NCBI RefSeq assembly: GCF_004010195.1
Contig: NC_057757.1
Span: 2,123,940-2,187,939, forward strand
Source of the DNA: Chiloscyllium plagiosum
Taxonomy: Eukaryota
Direction: 5' to 3'
Length of the DNA stretch: 64,000 nt
Shown here: one piece after another, positions 59,779-64,000 of the stretch
Numbering within the stretch: the stretch's first letter is position 1
Layout: every line of letters starts with the position of its first letter
Notes under the pieces: model-generated
Seen by the model: the letters and a program-made list of their open reading frames with translations, nothing else
What the model was told of the DNA's origin: nothing
Databases searched by the model: none
Position numbers and translations under genes: made by a program

Positions 59779-60735
59779 TGCACACTCTCTCACTGGGTAC
59801 AGCTCCTACACACACTGACTCTCACTGGGATGCAGTTCCTACACACACACTGACTCTCAGTGGGATACAATCCCTCTCTCTCTCTCACACACACGCACGC
59901 ACGCACACAGACTCTCACTGGGATACAGTCCCACACATACACTGACTCTTATTGGAGTACAGTCCCATGCACATACACACACTGACTCTCACTGGGATAC
60001 AGTCCCACACATACACTGACTCTTATTGGAGTACAGTCCCATGCACATACACACACAGACTCTCACTAGAGTACAGTCCCACACACTGACTCTCACTGGG
60101 GTACAGTATCACACATACACTGACTCTTATTGGGGTACAGCCCCTACACACATTGACTCTCACTGGGATACAATCCCTCTCTCTCTCACACACACGCACG
60201 CACTCTCACTGGGGTACAGCTCCTACACACACTGACTCTCACTGGGATACAGTCCCACACATACACTGACTCTTATTGGAGTACAGTCCCATGCACATAC
60301 ACACACAGACTCTCACTAGAGTACAGTCCCACACACTGACTCTCACTGGGGTACAGTATCACACATACACTGACTCTTATTGGGGTACAGCCCCTACACA
60401 CATTGACTCTCACTGGGATACAATCCCTCTCTCTCTCACACACACGCACGCACTCTCACTGGGGTACAGCTCCTACACACACTGACTCTCACTGGGATAC
60501 AGTCCCACACATACACTGACTCTTATTGGAGTACAGTCCCATGCACATACACACACAGACTCTCACTAGAGTACAGTCCCACACACTGACTCTCACTGGG
60601 GTACAGTATCACACATACACTGACTCTTATTGGGGTACAGCCCCTACATACACACACACACACACTGACTCTCACTGGGGTACAGCTCTCTCACACACTG
60701 ACTCTCACTGGGGTACAGCTCTCTCTCACACACAC
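59715..60735. repeat. CA-rich minisatellite with a 250-bp higher-order repeat
   Basis: Basic unit of about 26-30 bp (cacactgactctcactggggtacagtcc); identical blocks start at 60026, 60276 and 60526. Confidence 0.9.
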
Positions 60736-60762
60736 CCCATTCTGTGTGAACACAGACCTTAC

Positions 60763-60807
60763 CTTCAAAATGAGCTGCCATAGGCTGCTTGGTTTTGACC
60801 CCAGAAT
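60763..60807 (-). CDS. TNFSF12: TNFSF12 exon: xSGVKTKQPMAAHFE; the upstream exons were not found in the window
   Basis: ttcaacag| acceptor, G|GTAAGG donor, 45 nt, phase 1 to 1; AAH motif of TNF strand A. Confidence 0.82.
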
Positions 60808-61274
60808 CTGTTGAATAAAGAGAATCGGAAATGATTACCCTCATCAAGTAAATCTACATTTCTGGAATAGTGCGCACAGTTCTGGTCACCGTACTTAGAA
60901 AAGGACGTTAATGCGTTGAAAACAGTTCTGAGAAGGTCTATTAGACTAATATTAAAAATGAGTGGATGAGGAAAGCCTAGACGGGCTAGGCCTGTGAACT
61001 CTGGCATTTCGAAAATTGGAAATAACTTCTTTGAAACACAAGATCCTGAGGACACTTGATTGTGCGGATATGGAGAGAACATTTCCTCTAATGGATCATG
61101 GTTTAAACATTCCAGATAGAAGCGAGGAAAATAATTGCCCTCTCTCAAAGGCTTGAGTGTCAAATGGCAGTCAACGCAAAATCTCTCGATATTTTCAAGG
61201 CCGAGGGGCGTCGTTTATTGGTTACGAAGGGAATGAAAGACTAAATCGGGAAAGTGCAGGAACATGGAGCAGAT

Positions 61275-62130
61275 TTTATTTGTCATTTCTACCATATACA
61301 GTAAAAACCGAGACAGCGTTACTCCAGGACCAAGGTGCTACATGAACAGCACAAACTACACGATCGTACGCAGGGCGGCATAAGAAGTGCAAAACACGCA
61401 AATTACAGTGTCATAAAAGAATGATAATTAATAGACGTTCTAGCAGCAATTTGAAGTCGTGCAAAGAATTTCAGATGGAATAGAGTCCGATCATACAATG
61501 TTAAGGAGCCTGATGGCTTGGGGGAAGAAAATGTTGCACAGTCAGGCCGTGAGAGACCGAATGCTCCGGTATCTTCTGCCAGATGGCAGGAGGGAGAAGA
61601 GTTTGAGTGAGGGGTTTGTGGGCTCTTCCACAATGCTCTTAGCCTTTCGGATGCAGCGTGTGGTGTAAATGTCTGTAATGGAGGGAGAGAGACCCCGATG
61701 ATCTTCTCAGATGTCCTCACCATCCTCTGTAGAGTCTTATGATCTGAGACGGTGCAATTCCATGGCGGCACGGTGGCACAGTGGTTAGCACTGCTGCCTC
61801 ACAGCGCCAGAGACCCGGGTTCAATTCCCGCCTCAGGTGACTGTCTGTGTGGAGTTTGCACATTCTCCCAGTGTCTGTGTGGGTTTCCTCCAGGTGCTCT
61901 GGTTTCCTCCCACAGTCCAAAAATGTGCAGATTAGGTGAATTGGCCATGCTAAATTGTCCATAGTGTTAGGGGCAGGGGTAAATGTAGGGGAATGGGTCT
62001 GGGTGGGTTGCGCTTCGGTGGGTCGGTGTGGACTTGTTGGGCCGAAGGGCCTGTTTCTACACTGTAAGTAATCTAATCTAATCTAATTCCTGAACCAAGC
62101 AGCAGCTCAGGGTACTCTTAATGAACCAGG
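61275..62130 (-). mobile_element. Rex1/Babar-like LINE 3' fragment split by a SINE
   Basis: NCTVSDHKTLQRMVRTSEKIIGVSLP and an LLPSG-type C-terminus on -. Confidence 0.65.
61762..62084 (+). mobile_element. Full-length HE1-like SINE
   Basis: A box TGGCACAGTGG, B box GGTTCAATTCC, (TAATC)n tail; TSD AATTCC at 61756-61761 and 62085-62090. Confidence 0.88.
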
Positions 62131-62714
62131 TCAGTCATGAACTGGGGGTCATGGTGTAAGGATATGTGGTCGGACTGAAAGGAGGAAAAAAATGTCTTCA
62201 CCCAGAGAGTGGGTGGAATTCTCTAGCACGGACAAGTGAGGTCAAAACATTGAGTGTTTTCAAGGAAAGTTGGGTATAGTTCTTGGGGTGAAAGGGATCT
62301 AAGGGCAAGGGGGAAAGAAACAGGAACAGGGGTCTGAGGTGGACGATTCCTTGTTCGTTATGTTTGGGTCACGAAGGGTTCAGAGAGAAAGAATATGGAC
62401 AGACAATATGGGCAGACGACCAGAGAGGTACAGATAAATGACAGCAGGCAAGTGGAAAGGCAGGGGGGGGGGGGGATGAGGAGTTTATATTTTCGGTTGG
62501 GGTCCGGAATGGGTTGCTGAAAGAGTCATGGGCGAGGGAGGAAGGTTTGGGAAGAGAATGACTCCAGCTCAGAACGCAAGCAGAGATTTTCGCATTGGGT
62601 GACAAAACGCACAGAGTATGACACCCATGCTCCTTTGCACACTTTCTATTCCATGGTCAACCTACCTTAACCTTTGACTGTGGAAGGAAACCAGAGCAGA
62701 CAGGGTTACAATGT

Positions 62715-63890
62715 AGCCATGAAGGAACTGAAGAATGGACTTAGGAGAGGTAGAGGGGGGTAATAAGAAAGCTTTAGTGGACAGGATTAAGGAAAGCCCT
62801 GTGAGGAATGAGAGGATTACCAGAGTGAGGGTAGGGCTGATCAGGGATAGTGGAGGGAGGGAAGGTTCTGAATGAATACTTTTGCTTCAGTATTCACTAC
62901 TGAGAGGGACCTTGTCACTCATGAGGACAGCGTGAAACAGGCTGATACACTCAAACAGCTTGATGTTAAGGAGGATGTGCTAAACATTTTGAAAAACAAG
63001 GCTAGATCAGTCCCCTGGGCCAGACGGGATATTCTCAAGGCTACTACAGGAAGCGAGGGAAAAGATTGCTGCACCTTTGGCGATGAACTTTGCATCCTCA
63101 CTGTCCACTGGAGTAATGCTAGATGATTGGAGGTTGGCAAATGTTATCCCTTGTTCAAGAAAGGGAATTCTTGAGAATTACAGACCAGTCAGTCTTACCT
63201 GTGTGATGGGCAAAGTATTGGGAGAGGATTCTGAGAGACAGGATTTATGATTACTTGGAAGGCCATAGTTTAATTAGATATAGTCAGCATGGCTTTGTGA
63301 AGGGCAAGTCATGCCTCACAAACCTTACTGAATTCTTTGAGGATGTGACAAAACACATTGATGAAGGTAGAGGAGTAGATATGGTGTACATGGATTTTAG
63401 CAAGGCATTTGATAAGATTCCCCATGATAGTCTCATTCAGAAAGTAAGGAGGCAAGGGATACAGTGAAATTTGGCCGTCTGGATACAGAATTTGCTGGCC
63501 CATAGAAGACAGAGGTGGTGGTTGATGGAAAGTATTCAGCCTGAAGCTCGGTGACCAGTGGTGTTCTGTAGGGATCTTTTCTGGGTCCTCTGCTCTTTGT
63601 GATCTTTATAAGTGACTTGGCTGAAGAAGTGGAAGGATAGGTTAGTAAATTTGCCGATGACATGAAGGTTGGTGGAGTGGTGCGTAGTGTGGAGGGCTGT
63701 TGTAGGTTGGAATGGGACATTGACAGGATGCAGAACTGGGCTGATAAATGGCAGATGGAGTTCAACCTGGAAAAGTGTGAAGTGATTCATTTTGGAAGGT
63801 CAAATTTGGATGCAGGATTCTTGGCAGTGTGGAGGAACAGAGGGATCTTGGGGTCCATGCCCATAGATCCCTCAAAGTTGCCACCCAAGT
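62715..63890 (+). mobile_element. CR1 RT fragment
   Basis: SQHGFVKGKSCLTNL.EFFE, YMDFSKAFDK and WADKWQMEFN. Confidence 0.82.
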
Positions 63891-63894
63891 TATG

Positions 63895-64000
63895 ATTTGG
63901 AGATGCCGGTGTTGGACTGGGGTGTACCAAGTTAAAAATCACGCAACACCAGGTTATAGTCCAACAGGTTTAATTGGAAGCACACTAGCTTTCAGAGCGC
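63895..64000 (-). mobile_element. PLE 3' tail of the same family as 3877-4080, cut by the window edge
   Basis: Reverse complement of gaaagctagtgtgcttccaattaaacctgttggactataacctggtgttg. Confidence 0.7.

Noticed and set aside
61764..61835. tRNA-like sequence with A and B boxes
   Set aside because: It is the head of an HE1-like SINE, not a tRNA gene; the same applies to the other SINE copies

Overview
Vertebrate genomic DNA, most likely a shark: HE1-type SINEs, CR1 LINEs and Penelope-like elements (PLEs) make up most of the window. I reconstructed three protein-coding genes by hand. (1) A TMEM217-like membrane protein on + (ORF 7711-8292), with a CpG-island promoter near 5050-5440 and a possible in-frame upstream coding exon at 5221-5248. 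(2) A complete six-exon TNFSF13/APRIL-like gene on - (34769-34611, 22499-22337, 20162-20115, 18497-18385, 17694-17553, 12197-12088; 244 aa), whose TNF domain mixes APRIL-like and BAFF-like features. (3) The last four exons of TNFSF12/TWEAK on - (60807-60763, 59622-59581, 51617-51496, 50338-50093), with a GC-AG last intron. The TWEAK-then-APRIL tandem order and exon phases match those that allow the mammalian TWE-PRIL read-through. The non-coding DNA holds many PLE-derived minimal hammerhead-ribozyme motifs, several inside TSD-flanked palindromic insertions. It also holds a solo LTR, a 99-bp exact templated duplication, minisatellites (one with a 250-bp higher-order period) and an assembly gap (31288-31604). 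Repeat boundaries are approximate unless a TSD is quoted. No database searches were run; human comparisons are from remembered sequences.
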